This document shows positions 1 to 10,209 of a stretch of DNA of 64,000 bases, one piece after another. The stretch covers positions 43,757-107,756 of the forward strand of contig JAYTHU010000170.1 in NCBI GenBank assembly GCA_043732305.1, written 5' to 3'. Position 1 is the stretch's first letter; the number at the start of each line of letters is the position of its first letter. The translations under genes and the position numbers were made by a program. The DNA is from Oligoflexia bacterium. GTDB lineage: Bacteria; Bdellovibrionota; Bdellovibrionia; JABDDW01. The notes under the pieces were generated by a model that saw nothing but the letters and a program-made list of their open reading frames with translations, had not been told where the DNA came from and ran no database searches.

Positions 1-2
1 CA

Positions 3-1370
3 AACTACGGATTTGAAGCAGTGGCACTGAACAATGAAGTTCTAAAGTTTGATACTCTTTACACCAAGACCGTTTATCCGACAGATACTGTCGACCAATC
101 ATATTCCGGGACATGTTGGATATTTGCCCAGTTAAATGTCTATCGAACAAGTATGGTCAAAGCAGGATTAGTTCTCCCGGAGTTTAAATTCTCAACTAAC
201 TTTGTGCATTTTTTCGATATGTTAGAAAAATCAAACACTCGACTAGTAGAAGCAATGCTTGCAGCTGAAAAATTCTCGACTGAAATAGAAATCTATAGAG
301 AAGTTCGTGCTGAGATCGGGCGCGTGAGCGACGGCGGATGGAGCAACTACCTTCCTCAATTGGTAGAAAAATATGGACTGGTTCCCTATCAGTCCATGCC
401 AGATACTTACGCTACACAATATTCCGATGTGATGATCAATGAAGTGAACAGGCAAGTAAGCAATGTCATTCACCAAATTATTCAAAAAAGTATTGATCTC
501 AAGTTAGATAGATCACTGAACCGCACAGCACGCATGGCTGAGATGCTTAAGATTAAAGAAATCGGCATGAGCGCCGTAACTAAAATTTTAGTGACTCACC
601 TCGGGCATCCCCCCTCTGAAGTGGACACGTCTTTAAACTACGCCGTTAAAAAAAGCGGCAAAGTTCTCAAAACAAGTTTGATGCTGATTAAAAATATGTC
701 GCCAACTCAGTTCGCACGTAAAATCGTGGAATTTAATAAAGATGATTTTGTGGTGATCAGACACTATCCGTCATTGGCGCCAGGCCACTACGTTGTCAAA
801 AGAAGCTCAATCGGAATAACTAGCGGGACTGAAACCAAATACGATCTGCATTTTTTAAATCTTCGATCAGGAAACGGCGCAGATCGAATGCAACAGCTGG
901 TCATGAAATCAATCAATGCGGGAATCGCCGTTGAATTTTCAGCTGACATTGGGCAGAACGCTTATTCGCCGTATGGGATTTTGGATCCGAAAATATATGA
1001 TCGCGAAGGTTTATATGGATTGTCTTCTGAGGAGCGTGGGGAAGAATTATCTAAACGCTACGAACTTTTGCTGGGGGAAACATCTCCCGCTCATGCGATG
1101 GTCTTCACTGGCTATGATGCTCGCGATGGCAAAGGCAAACCTCCGAGACGTTTTCTCGTAAAAAACTCCTGGGGTATTTATGTTGGAGCAAAAATGGAAG
1201 GCGAAAAAAATAAATCAGTACAAGACGGCGATTTCCACATGAACCGTTCCTGGTTTGATAAATATGTTTTTGACATCAACGTCCCTCGCCGCATGCTCAA
1301 TAAAAAAGAACACTCCGTGCTTGAAGACAAACCCCAGGTGATCTCCTACGAAGATTTTAGCGAACTGTAA
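3..1370 (+). CDS. C1B-family cysteine aminopeptidase (PepC/bleomycin hydrolase-like), probably 5'-truncated by the window edge
   Basis: Catalytic motifs DQSYSGTCW (Gln/Cys), PAHAMVFTG (His) and VKNSWG (Asn); also SDGGW and LVEKYGLVP. The frame is open back to nt 3. Confidence 0.85.
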   Translation, partial: NYGFEAVALNNEVLKFDTLYTKTVYPTDTVDQSYSGTCWIFAQLNVYRTSMVKAGLVLPEFKFSTNFVHFFDMLEKSNTRLVEAMLAAEKFSTEIEIYREVRAEIGRVSDGGWSNYLPQLVEKYGLVPYQSMPDTYATQYSDVMINEVNRQVSNVIHQIIQKSIDLKLDRSLNRTARMAEMLKIKEIGMSAVTKILVTHLGHPPSEVDTSLNYAVKKSGKVLKTSLMLIKNMSPTQFARKIVEFNKDDFVVIRHYPSLAPGHYVVKRSSIGITSGTETKYDLHFLNLRSGNGADRMQQLVMKSINAGIAVEFSADIGQNAYSPYGILDPKIYDREGLYGLSSEERGEELSKRYELLLGETSPAHAMVFTGYDARDGKGKPPRRFLVKNSWGIYVGAKMEGEKNKSVQDGDFHMNRSWFDKYVFDINVPRRMLNKKEHSVLEDKPQVISYEDFSEL

Positions 1371-1406
1371 TTCTAAGTCCTTGTTTTAACGAAGGAAAAT
1401 ACTAGT

Positions 1407-1433
1407 CCAGGTCTTCCCCTTGAAAGCCGATAG
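1407..1433 (+). promoter_or_regulatory. Possible sigma28 (FliA) promoter
   Basis: CCAG-N15-GCCGATAG; the -10 element differs by one base from GCCGATAA, the -35 is weak. Confidence 0.4.
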
Positions 1434-1449
1434 AATAGGGTGGGGGAAC

Positions 1450-2994
1450 ATGAACAAATTAAAAGCCCGACTTAAAAAATCAGCGGTGGCACTAGTTCTA
1501 TATGTAGTGATTCCGTTTGCTGTGCTCTTCAACGTTTATTATATTGTGGATTCCAATTCAGACAGCATGCGAAGGCTCGCATCCATTGTTAAAAATAATC
1601 TTAGTCCAACATTGGTTTTCCAAACTGAGCAACTTCTGTCAAATCTAAACAGTGTTTTTGGTTCATCAAAAACTGACACTGAAGAAGAAGATGAAGCCCT
1701 GCCATTAATCAAAGCCCAGGCCAATAAAAAAACTCCTGATGGTGCTTTCATCACAGAAAATTTTATTGAGCAAAGGCAAACTGCCGCACCCACATTGACA
1801 TCCGAATCTATAAACAAAATCCCACTTGAGTATTTAGATGAAACTTTTGTGAAGGAAGATATTCTTGACGATAAACTCAATCGACTTCCCCAGGATTTCA
1901 AAATTGCACCAGAGATGAAAGATCGGGTTGGATTTTGGCTAGATATCTACACCAAATACACCTCACGGTTTTCTGTTATTCACGACGAAGAAAGACCGTG
2001 GATCATTTATAAAGTTGTAGATGCTCGAGAAATATACAGTCAACCCGGATCTCAGGTCACACTTCATGCGAATGAAATGATATTGATCGCGAGAGAGAAA
2101 AAATCTGTAACAGACACACTTAAGAAGCTTTCAAAAAGAAAAAACGCCAAAGACCTCACCGCTGACGAAACAAAATTTGCGAGGCTTCTCGAAAGCACGG
2201 TTGGAAAACGCAAAACTGTATTTTCTAACGCAGAAAAACACATTCGTATTCAAAGAGGGCAAAAAGATTTTTACCGTAACGGAGTTATTGAAAGTTCAAA
2301 ATATCTAAATGAAATGGAAGAAATTTTTGCGCATCATGACTTGCCTACGGAACTTGTGAGACTGCCGCTTGTCGAATCAAGTTTCAATGAGGACGCTACC
2401 AGTAAAGTTGGAGCAAGCGGAATTTGGCAATTCATGCCTAGTGTGGGAGCACATTACGTAAAAATGGGCGCAACCATAGACGAAAGAAATTCGCCGATCA
2501 AGGCTACGGACGCTGCCGCAAAACTTCTCCGCAGCAATTTTAAAATGTTAAAGAACTGGCCGCTCGCGATAACAGCCTACAATCACGGCGCCGGCGGCCT
2601 AGTGAAAGCTTCTAAAAATATTGCCAATCCGACAATGTTTGAAATCATTCAAACTTACAAATCGAAAAGTTTTAGTTTTGCTTCCAAGAACTTCTACTCG
2701 GAATTTATGGCGGCACTTTATGGCGAACGCTATCAAGAGGAAATATTTGGCAGTCTGGTCAAACTTGCGCCATTGGCTGCAGATGAAGTGATTCTTAAGA
2801 AAAAAATGCGCTTACGTGACGTAGCAGAAATTGCGGGCGTGACAATGGAAGAAATAAAACTTCACAATCCTGATTTGAGAAAACATCTTATCAAAGAAAA
2901 TCCATTCTTGCCCAAAGGATACACGATCAGACTTCCACTCGGACGCGGCACTTCGCTGGAGCTTTATTACCAACAACAAGCCAAGGCTGGATGA
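1450..2994 (+). CDS. Membrane-anchored MltD-like lytic transglycosylase (SLT domain plus C-terminal LysM-like region)
   Basis: LPLVESSF, GASGIWQFM and LAITAYNHG SLT motifs; N-terminal TM helix; C-terminal EEIKLHNP...GYTIRLP. ATG at 1450 follows a GGGGG SD. Confidence 0.85.
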   Translation: MNKLKARLKKSAVALVLYVVIPFAVLFNVYYIVDSNSDSMRRLASIVKNNLSPTLVFQTEQLLSNLNSVFGSSKTDTEEEDEALPLIKAQANKKTPDGAFITENFIEQRQTAAPTLTSESINKIPLEYLDETFVKEDILDDKLNRLPQDFKIAPEMKDRVGFWLDIYTKYTSRFSVIHDEERPWIIYKVVDAREIYSQPGSQVTLHANEMILIAREKKSVTDTLKKLSKRKNAKDLTADETKFARLLESTVGKRKTVFSNAEKHIRIQRGQKDFYRNGVIESSKYLNEMEEIFAHHDLPTELVRLPLVESSFNEDATSKVGASGIWQFMPSVGAHYVKMGATIDERNSPIKATDAAAKLLRSNFKMLKNWPLAITAYNHGAGGLVKASKNIANPTMFEIIQTYKSKSFSFASKNFYSEFMAALYGERYQEEIFGSLVKLAPLAADEVILKKKMRLRDVAEIAGVTMEEIKLHNPDLRKHLIKENPFLPKGYTIRLPLGRGTSLELYYQQQAKAG

Positions 2995-3000
2995 AGCGAA

Positions 3001-5310
3001 TTAAGGTGTGATTTCGCCGTTCACGACGTTGAGGATTCCTGCTTCGGATACAAAGACCCGAGAATTAGTCATCTCTCCATCAGCAGTGGATACTAACAGA
3101 GTGTGAAGCCCCGGCTTAAGATTGGTGAGAAGAAAAAGTCCACCTTCCGCCCCAGATTCTGTTTTACCAGCAGCAATATTTCCCGACTCATCAAAGTAGA
3201 ATATATTTTCGTCCGCTTGAACTTCGTTGTCGAGAGAGACACGAAAAGTTGTTCCGTCATATTTACCCAAAAGTATTCCGGCAGATTCATATTGTTTAAT
3301 GTTGTTTTGTGACATCTGAGCGAGCAACCAAGCTTTTCGATAAACCTGAATGTCGATATCTTTTGCTTCAGATCTTAAAATCGCTTCGCGTGAAACGAAA
3401 TAGTCAGATCCGGCGTTGGCATCGAGATAAAGCACTGGATCAGTGGATGCAAGTTTAGCGCTGAAACCTTGAGAGCCACTCTGGAATCCGTTCTTTGTTC
3501 CAACCACAGAAATTTGAGCGGAGACACTTTGACTGAGGCTCACGTCTGAAATTTTGCCGGAGACTTCGAGCCACTTCAAATTAATTTCTGCATAAGAAAC
3601 AAATCCCGGACTTGCGACAACAACAGAACTCGGAAGAACGTGCCCAGGCATTTCTGTGCTCACGACATGAATGCCTTGTTTCACTTTAATAAAAGCGTAG
3701 AGGCCATTTGCACTCGTTGCGTTTAGTTTTTTATCAGGGATACGCCAGTCGTTGAAATAAATCGGACCTACGGCACCTTGCGCACTCAATGAAACCTTCA
3801 CGCCAGCAAGTGGTTTGCTTCTTTTATTCACCTGGCCCCAGATCACAGCATAAGTATTGTTCGCCCCGGGCTCACCAGCTAAATCGAAAAGACTTTGCAT
3901 CATTTTATTTGAAAAAAGTGGAACGCGTTCTTTGATGGCCGTTTCCGTGACAAGTCTCGTACCCCAATAGTCAGGAGCACCAGCTTCTAAAATGAAACTT
4001 GATGAACCACCAAGTCCTGAAAGTTTATATGCTCCGCGCGGATCTGCTTCATCTCTGGTTTGCGCAGCTCCCATGACCATTGCACCTGGAGCTAGAATTT
4101 TCACATTGTCATAACTATAGGCGCTAACAATTTCTCCAGTTTTTGCTGAATTGATAGGTGCAAGAGTGATTTTCACGCCATCAGATTTTCTCATTTGGAT
4201 GCTTAGATCTTCTTTTGTTGCCCCATTTAAATCAAAATCTCCGCGACCCAAAAGTTTGTGATGAGAATCTTTAAGTGTTGCGATAATTTTCCCGGAATCA
4301 TACGCGGGAACATTCACGCTGTAGAGACCTTGCGTATAATCAACAGTTCCATCTACCGTTTGAGTTCCAGTTTTCCATTGGACTTTCAAATTGTTGATTT
4401 CATGAGTGATAGCAAGTCCTCCGGAAAGTTCGATCTGTCCGTGAATCGTATAACTTCCGCCACTTGGGGCTTTGTCTGCAACTGCGGGACTATCGGACAC
4501 ATCATTTGCTGACATTTGTTCCAGAACTTGCGCAGCCATGCTCGCTGAACGAATCGTTGGGATTTCCATCATTGATTTTGTTGATAGATTCACTGAGCCA
4601 ACAGACGCGACTTTATTAGTATTTCCTCCAGGAATGCCGCTACCCCCGGGAGTTCCGCCACCAATTGAATTGATGAAGGCGCTAGGCAATCTGCTCGAAG
4701 TGTAACTCTTGGTCGAAATTTGAAGACCTTGAGGTATCACTTCCTCCCCAGATGGCAATCCACGATAGGCATTTGTTACTGACGGGATCAAATGCACTTC
4801 GCCGCGCACTGAAATTCCGGTAGCGGCAATGGTCTGAAAGTTCACTGGACGCACAAGATTCAAAAGCTCTGAAAGCTTTTCGAGCTTCCGATTCTCTAAA
4901 TTATTCTTTTTGATTTCAGCCAAAAGCTGCTCAGGAATATTGACCGAAAGTTCTCGCTGCATTCTTTTCTGTTCGAAAGCCTGAAGTTTTACTTTCCTGA
5001 TCTGCTCTCGAGAAAAATTATCAGACACCTTTTTGAGTTCGGGCCAGAAGGATTTTTGACCTGCCAAGAGAACACGAGTATTTTTCCCCAAGGTCATCTC
5101 GTTTGCAGGCTCAATATTGACCTGTGGAAGTTCTTCATCGGAAATTGCTGCTAAGGGCGGAGAATTTTTTGAGATAGTGATTGTTAGAGAATTGTCTTCG
5201 GAGATGTGAACAAAATCAAAATTCCCCATGGCGGATGGGAATGCCGTAGATATAAATATCCACGAATAAAGCGGCCAAAAAAAAGGCGAATAAAACAGTT
5301 TCACACTCAA
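3001..5310 (-). CDS. Large exported protein with several beta-sandwich (carboxypeptidase-regulatory-like) domains
   Basis: 769-aa ORF, TTG start with GGAAGG SD, hydrophobic N-terminus, repeated 'GxV...GV.V...T..NG.Y.F..V..G.H' patterns. Confidence 0.6.
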   Translation of the reverse strand: MSVKLFYSPFFWPLYSWIFISTAFPSAMGNFDFVHISEDNSLTITISKNSPPLAAISDEELPQVNIEPANEMTLGKNTRVLLAGQKSFWPELKKVSDNFSREQIRKVKLQAFEQKRMQRELSVNIPEQLLAEIKKNNLENRKLEKLSELLNLVRPVNFQTIAATGISVRGEVHLIPSVTNAYRGLPSGEEVIPQGLQISTKSYTSSRLPSAFINSIGGGTPGGSGIPGGNTNKVASVGSVNLSTKSMMEIPTIRSASMAAQVLEQMSANDVSDSPAVADKAPSGGSYTIHGQIELSGGLAITHEINNLKVQWKTGTQTVDGTVDYTQGLYSVNVPAYDSGKIIATLKDSHHKLLGRGDFDLNGATKEDLSIQMRKSDGVKITLAPINSAKTGEIVSAYSYDNVKILAPGAMVMGAAQTRDEADPRGAYKLSGLGGSSSFILEAGAPDYWGTRLVTETAIKERVPLFSNKMMQSLFDLAGEPGANNTYAVIWGQVNKRSKPLAGVKVSLSAQGAVGPIYFNDWRIPDKKLNATSANGLYAFIKVKQGIHVVSTEMPGHVLPSSVVVASPGFVSYAEINLKWLEVSGKISDVSLSQSVSAQISVVGTKNGFQSGSQGFSAKLASTDPVLYLDANAGSDYFVSREAILRSEAKDIDIQVYRKAWLLAQMSQNNIKQYESAGILLGKYDGTTFRVSLDNEVQADENIFYFDESGNIAAGKTESGAEGGLFLLTNLKPGLHTLLVSTADGEMTNSRVFVSEAGILNVVNGEITP

Positions 5311-5335
5311 ACCTTCCGTAGTTTGTGCATATCTT

Positions 5336-5359
5336 TGCCTACTATTTAAATAGTGGGCA
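5336..5359. promoter_or_regulatory. 24-bp near-perfect palindrome (operator or hairpin)
   Basis: TGCCTACTATTT|AAATAGTGGGCA, one mismatch, intergenic. Confidence 0.45.
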
Positions 5360-5384
5360 GATTGAATACTCTTCTATTATTTTC

Positions 5385-5879
5385 CTAGAATGAACGGAAA
5401 TCGTCAATGAAGTTATTCGACTTTTCCCGCTTCTCTAAAATGGAAGTGATGCTGTTGAGTAGTCGAGTGGCTAGTCGTTTGTCATAGTGATCAAATGAAT
5501 AGTCACTGTCCCTAAGTTCAGATTGAGGTTTCTTTGCCGTGCTCCGTTCAATAGAGACTTGCACATCAAAAGTGTACGGGCGGCTTTCTCCGTAAACAGT
5601 AACTTTGGCTAGTCCCCTATCACGAAGTCCAGATTTTATAACAGATGGGTCTTGCTTCACCAAAAAAGGCCGAGAAATGATATCTCGGTGATTTTCACTG
5701 TAACTGAGAACACCCATGCTCAGGGCTTTTTCGATCGCAGAATAAACAGAAGTGAGTGGATAATTTTGTTCAGTAGAAGTTACCGTAGATGAGCAACCAC
5801 TTAAAGCGAAAACGGCAAGTATGAAAATACTTGCCGTCGACACTAAATTAAAATTTCTGAAATTTAAAAAATTAGGCAT
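5385..5879 (-). CDS. Hypothetical lipoprotein
   Basis: 164-aa ORF with lipobox ALSG|C; overlaps the transaldolase stop. Confidence 0.7.
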   Translation of the reverse strand: MPNFLNFRNFNLVSTASIFILAVFALSGCSSTVTSTEQNYPLTSVYSAIEKALSMGVLSYSENHRDIISRPFLVKQDPSVIKSGLRDRGLAKVTVYGESRPYTFDVQVSIERSTAKKPQSELRDSDYSFDHYDKRLATRLLNSITSILEKREKSNNFIDDFRSF

Positions 5880-6537
5880 TCGTTTGAGGCTGTTGCTTCG
5901 AAACTTTTTCCCAGTCTTTCAAAAATGCAGCGATACCTTTATCAGTCAAAGGATGACTTGCAAGACTTCGCGCTACACTGATAGGCATGGTTGCGATATC
6001 TGCACCAACCATTGCTGAATCAAGAACGTGAATAGGATTACGCACACTTGCCACAATGATTTCCGTTGAATACTCATAGTTGTCAAAAATAGTGCGGATC
6101 TGACTAATCAAATCCATTCCAACTGATCCAATATCATCAAGTCTGCCAACGAAAGGGCTGACATAGCTTGCGCCCGCTTTTGCACAAAGCAAAGCTTGGA
6201 GCGGACTAAAAATTAAAGTGACATTGGTTTTGATTTTCTCAGCTGCGAAACGTTTCACGGCTTTGAGACCTTCGATGCCCATGGGAATTTTAACAATCAC
6301 GTTATCTGCAAGCTTGGCGAGCTCTCGGCCCTCTTCATACATTTTTCCAGCTTCGAGGCTAACAACTTCAGCAGAAACAGGTCCACTTACTTCTTTGCAG
6401 ATCTCTTTGATCACTTCTTTGAAGTCACGACCGCTTTTCACGATCAGAGTAGGGTTAGTCGTTACACCGTCACATAGGCCTAAGGATAAACCTTCGCGAA
6501 TGTCACTCATCTCTGCGCTATCAACATAAAATTTCAT
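5872..6537 (-). CDS. tal: Transaldolase / fructose-6-phosphate aldolase (FSA-like family)
   Basis: GVTTNPT, VIVKIP (Schiff-base Lys), [18 protein letters not shown]. Confidence 0.93.
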   Translation of the reverse strand: MKFYVDSAEMSDIREGLSLGLCDGVTTNPTLIVKSGRDFKEVIKEICKEVSGPVSAEVVSLEAGKMYEEGRELAKLADNVIVKIPMGIEGLKAVKRFAAEKIKTNVTLIFSPLQALLCAKAGASYVSPFVGRLDDIGSVGMDLISQIRTIFDNYEYSTEIIVASVRNPIHVLDSAMVGADIATMPISVARSLASHPLTDKGIAAFLKDWEKVSKQQPQTNA

Positions 6538-6622
6538 ATTACTTGCCTCCGGTCATTACAGATAGACTTGGTGCGCTTAAAAATCAAGCTCAATCCAGAT
6601 TCCGGTCGAGATACATAGGCGA

Positions 6623-7810
6623 CTATGCTCTCGAGCGAGGATTGTTCATTGCAAGAGTGATTCTCTCCATCGCCACTTTCATTCGTTCGATGGGGATAGT
6701 CATAGCGAATCGCACATAACCTTGTCCCTCAGGGCCGAAACCAGTACCAGGGGTGACAATGACTCCGGCTTCTTTAATAAGAAATTCCGTGAAGCTTTCA
6801 GAGTTAAAGCCCGCAGGGACTTTGCTCCAAATATAGAAACTTGCTTCAGGCACTTTAAATTGAAACTTCAATTTTTTCAGTTCAGCGCAAAGATAATCTC
6901 GACGAGCTTGATACTGCTCACGCATATTGTCGCAATCTTTCCAACAGTCTTCCAATGCGACAATGCCCGCTTCTTGAATAGCTTGATAAACTCCGGAATC
7001 AATGTTGGTTTTGATTTTTGCTAGACCTTCAATGACTTTTTTATTACCTACAACAAAACCGATGCGGAATCCGGCCATGTTGAAAGTTTTAGAAAAAGAA
7101 TGAAATTCAATTCCTAAGTTCTCTTTAGCACCTTTAGCTTGAAGAAAACTTGGAGGGCGTTTGCCGTCGTAATAAATTTCTGAATAAGCATTGTCATGAC
7201 AAACAATGAGCTCACGTTTTTTTGCAAAATCAGCCACATAATCAAAAAAACTTGTGTCGACAATGGCGGAGGTTGGGTTGCACGGGAAATTTAAAAAAAG
7301 CATTTTTGATTTATCGAGCGCTTTTCTATCAATCATTTCCAGATCGGGAAGAAAATCTTTCTCCTCCCGCTGAGGAACAAAAATAGGAACTCCACCTGCG
7401 ATAATTGTGGCTGTCTGATAAACAGGGTAACCAGGAGAAGGCACAAGAACTCCATCACCGGGATTTATAAATGCTTGTGGAATATGCGCAAGACCTTCTT
7501 TGGAACCTGAAAGAACCAGAACTTCTGAGTGAGGATCAAGCAATACGCCAAATCTGGCGTCATACCACTGAGCAATTGCTTTTCTCAGCTCAATCATTCC
7601 TGGATATGAAGGATAGTATGAGCTTTCAGGTTTGAGGCTTGCTTCATGAAGTTTTCTGAGCACACGCTCAGGGGTTGGAAGATCGGGATCTCCTACACCA
7701 AAACTTATGACGTCGACTCCTTGAGAAGTTTTTTCTCTTTTCATCTCGTCTATCTTTGCAAAAACATAAGGCGGTAATTTTCGAACTCGTTCAGCGTATT
7801 CCATTTGCAC
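6623..7810 (-). CDS. dapL: LL-diaminopimelate aminotransferase
   Basis: Class I PLP aminotransferase (LPPYVFA, GDPDLPTP, GSKEG, EFHSFSKTFNMAGFRIG) inside the dap operon; alternative ATG at 7804. Confidence 0.85.
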   Translation of the reverse strand: MQMEYAERVRKLPPYVFAKIDEMKREKTSQGVDVISFGVGDPDLPTPERVLRKLHEASLKPESSYYPSYPGMIELRKAIAQWYDARFGVLLDPHSEVLVLSGSKEGLAHIPQAFINPGDGVLVPSPGYPVYQTATIIAGGVPIFVPQREEKDFLPDLEMIDRKALDKSKMLFLNFPCNPTSAIVDTSFFDYVADFAKKRELIVCHDNAYSEIYYDGKRPPSFLQAKGAKENLGIEFHSFSKTFNMAGFRIGFVVGNKKVIEGLAKIKTNIDSGVYQAIQEAGIVALEDCWKDCDNMREQYQARRDYLCAELKKLKFQFKVPEASFYIWSKVPAGFNSESFTEFLIKEAGVIVTPGTGFGPEGQGYVRFAMTIPIERMKVAMERITLAMNNPRSRA

Positions 7811-8524
7811 TCACTTTTTAAGAAGGTCTTTCATAGAGTAGAGCCCAGCTTTTTGTTTAAGAATCCACCGGCTTGCAGCCAACGCACCTTCAGCAAAAAG
7901 GGCGCGTCCTTGAGCGTGATGTTCAAAACTCACCCATTCTCCTCCACCGAAAAAATAGACTTTATGTATACCGTAAACTTCTCCGCCGCGCAAACTAACG
8001 GGAGAAGAAACTTTTTGATTCGATTTTTTAACTTCTTCGACGGCATCTTTTAAGAAAATAGCCGTTCCACTGGGCTTGTCTTTTTTATCTTTATGGTGAA
8101 TCTCTTCAATTTCAATTTCGCAAGATCCGTAAGCTTTCAAAAAAGCTTGCATCGCCTCACGCATAGCATTCACACCCAAACTCATATTTGGGCTCATGAA
8201 GATAGGAATCTTCTTAGATGCTTTTTCAATCAGATTAAAATTTTTGAGTTTAAATCCAGTCGTTCCAATTACGATGGCTTTTTTCTTTTTCACGCACCAA
8301 TCGACGATTTCCATCGTTCCTGCGGGACTAGAAAAATCAATGACCACATCGGGCTTTCTTTGCTCTAAAGAAACTAGGCGAGTGTATGTTTCGAACTCGC
8401 CAACGCTGATTTTTTGATCTAGCCCGGCGCAAATTGTGAACTCACCTTTTTGCTTTGCCAATAGAGCGATCTCTCGTCCCATTCTGCCACTGGCTCCGCT
8501 CAATGCAACTCTGATCACTTTCAT
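7811..8524 (-). CDS. dapB: 4-hydroxy-tetrahydrodipicolinate reductase
   Basis: GASGRMG, VIDFS, IGTTG, EIHHKDKKDKPSGTA. Confidence 0.96.
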   Translation of the reverse strand: MKVIRVALSGASGRMGREIALLAKQKGEFTICAGLDQKISVGEFETYTRLVSLEQRKPDVVIDFSSPAGTMEIVDWCVKKKKAIVIGTTGFKLKNFNLIEKASKKIPIFMSPNMSLGVNAMREAMQAFLKAYGSCEIEIEEIHHKDKKDKPSGTAIFLKDAVEEVKKSNQKVSSPVSLRGGEVYGIHKVYFFGGGEWVSFEHHAQGRALFAEGALAASRWILKQKAGLYSMKDLLKK

Positions 8525-9378
8525 AAAACTCCTGTTTGTTTTAAAACTTGCTTGGTTTTTTTCTTTAAATTTTCATCGAAAGGCACGAGCGGCAAGCGTA
8601 ATTCATCACTCTTGATAATGCCCATTTCTTTCAGCGCCCACTTTACAGGGATGGGATTAGACTCAGAGAATAATGCATGAGAAATAAGCTTTATTTTTTC
8701 AATGTCTTTGTCCGTCGCGTAGAGACACAGCCGAGGAACCACGTGAGAAATCACGCTAATGACACCGTGGGCACCAGCATTCATGGCGGACACAAATGTT
8801 TCATCGTCACCAGAGAGTATCGAAAAGCTTTTGGGCAGCACTTTGACCAAATCTTTAATGATGCTTAGATCACCGGTTGCTTCTTTAATGCCTACGATAT
8901 TTTTTATTTTAGAAAGTTGCAGAACCGTCGAAACTTTTAAAGGCGTGACCGTACGCGAAGGAACGTTGTAAACAATGACTGGTTTCTTAGTGCTCTGAGC
9001 AATGATCTTGAAATGCTCAATGAGCCCACGCTGTGGAGGCTTATTGTAATAAGGAGTTACTATTAAAAATCCTGATACTTTTGTTTTAGAAAAAAGCTTT
9101 GTCAGTGCCACGCTTTCCAAAGTGTTATTGGTCCCACTTCCCATGATCACGGGAACTTCGCCGGAAACTTCAGAAAGTACAAAATTCAAAAGTTTTGATT
9201 TTTCCTTAACTGTCAAAGTGGCGGCTTCACCTGTGGAGCCTGAAACAACTAAACCTTGAATGCCCGCGTCTATCTGATGCTTGATAAGATTGCGCAAAGA
9301 TTTAAAATCGATTTTGCCGCGATAAAAAGGGGTGACAAGTGCGGTGCTCACGCCTTTAAAGAAAATTTCTTTCTTCAT
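8521..9378 (-). CDS. dapA: 4-hydroxy-tetrahydrodipicolinate synthase
   Basis: TALVTPF, GSTGEA, PYYNKP, YNVPSRT, GIKEATG, SNPIPVK. Confidence 0.97.
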   Translation of the reverse strand: MKKEIFFKGVSTALVTPFYRGKIDFKSLRNLIKHQIDAGIQGLVVSGSTGEAATLTVKEKSKLLNFVLSEVSGEVPVIMGSGTNNTLESVALTKLFSKTKVSGFLIVTPYYNKPPQRGLIEHFKIIAQSTKKPVIVYNVPSRTVTPLKVSTVLQLSKIKNIVGIKEATGDLSIIKDLVKVLPKSFSILSGDDETFVSAMNAGAHGVISVISHVVPRLCLYATDKDIEKIKLISHALFSESNPIPVKWALKEMGIIKSDELRLPLVPFDENLKKKTKQVLKQTGVL

Positions 9379-10208
9379 ACGCGCACCTTTAGAATCTCGG
9401 GATGCAGCTCACCAGAGCAAACATATTCCGCAGGCCCTTTAAGTTTTGCCCAAGAGAAATTATCTCCAAAGGTCACGCACAAAAGTCCGCCAGGCATCAT
9501 CACTTCGATAGGTGAAGCTTCTCCCATGACCACCGCTTGTGCCGCAGCCGCAACGGCTCCAGTTCCACATGCCAAGGTCACACCTTCGACACCACGTTCA
9601 TAAGTAGCCGCCTGAACTTTAGATTTGTCGATGATTTCAAAAAATGTAGCATTGGCTCCATTAGTTTTTTTAAAAAAATCATGATTGCGTAAATATTCAC
9701 CCATTTCATTCAAGTACTCATTGCTCCAGTCATCAGTTTGCTTGACGACATGAGGAACTCCGGTGTCCCAGTAACCCACTTGAACTTTAATATGTTCGCC
9801 AACCGGGACATCTAAAGATTTGAACATCATCTTTGGTTTGGTCATTTGTACTTCAACCGTACTGTCATCATTTTGACCGGAGAGAGAAGCACTGACAATT
9901 CCCGCGATTGTTTCAAACTTCATTTCACGACCAGCGATTTTATTATCAAAAGCATAGCGAGCCACACATCTTGAGCCGTTACCGCACATTTCCGCCACGC
10001 TTCCGTCAGCGTTATAAAAATCCCATTTGAAATCATTTTCCTTGTTTGCGGGAGCTTCAATAAAAAACAGCCCATCTGCGCCAATGCCGAAGTGCCGGTG
10101 ACAAACTTTGATCGCAAAACTCACGCGATCCAAAGTAGGAAAGAAATTTTCTCGCGCGTCGATAATAATAAAATCATTTCCTGCGCCCGTCATTTTTGTA
10201 AAACGCAT
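9375..10208 (-). CDS. dapF: Diaminopimelate epimerase
   Basis: FTKMTGAGNDF, EMCGNG, ERGVEGVTLACGTG; start at 10208 or 10220. Confidence 0.96.
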   Translation of the reverse strand: MRFTKMTGAGNDFIIIDARENFFPTLDRVSFAIKVCHRHFGIGADGLFFIEAPANKENDFKWDFYNADGSVAEMCGNGSRCVARYAFDNKIAGREMKFETIAGIVSASLSGQNDDSTVEVQMTKPKMMFKSLDVPVGEHIKVQVGYWDTGVPHVVKQTDDWSNEYLNEMGEYLRNHDFFKKTNGANATFFEIIDKSKVQAATYERGVEGVTLACGTGAVAAAAQAVVMGEASPIEVMMPGGLLCVTFGDNFSWAKLKGPAEYVCSGELHPEILKVRV

Positions 10209-10209
10209 A

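Noticed and set aside
3382..3397. parS-like CGCTTCGCGTGAAACG
   Set aside because: Four mismatches from consensus, inside a CDS
5326..5342. Sigma54-like GG...GC upstream of the 769-aa gene
   Set aside because: Spacing is GG-N9-GC, not the required N10
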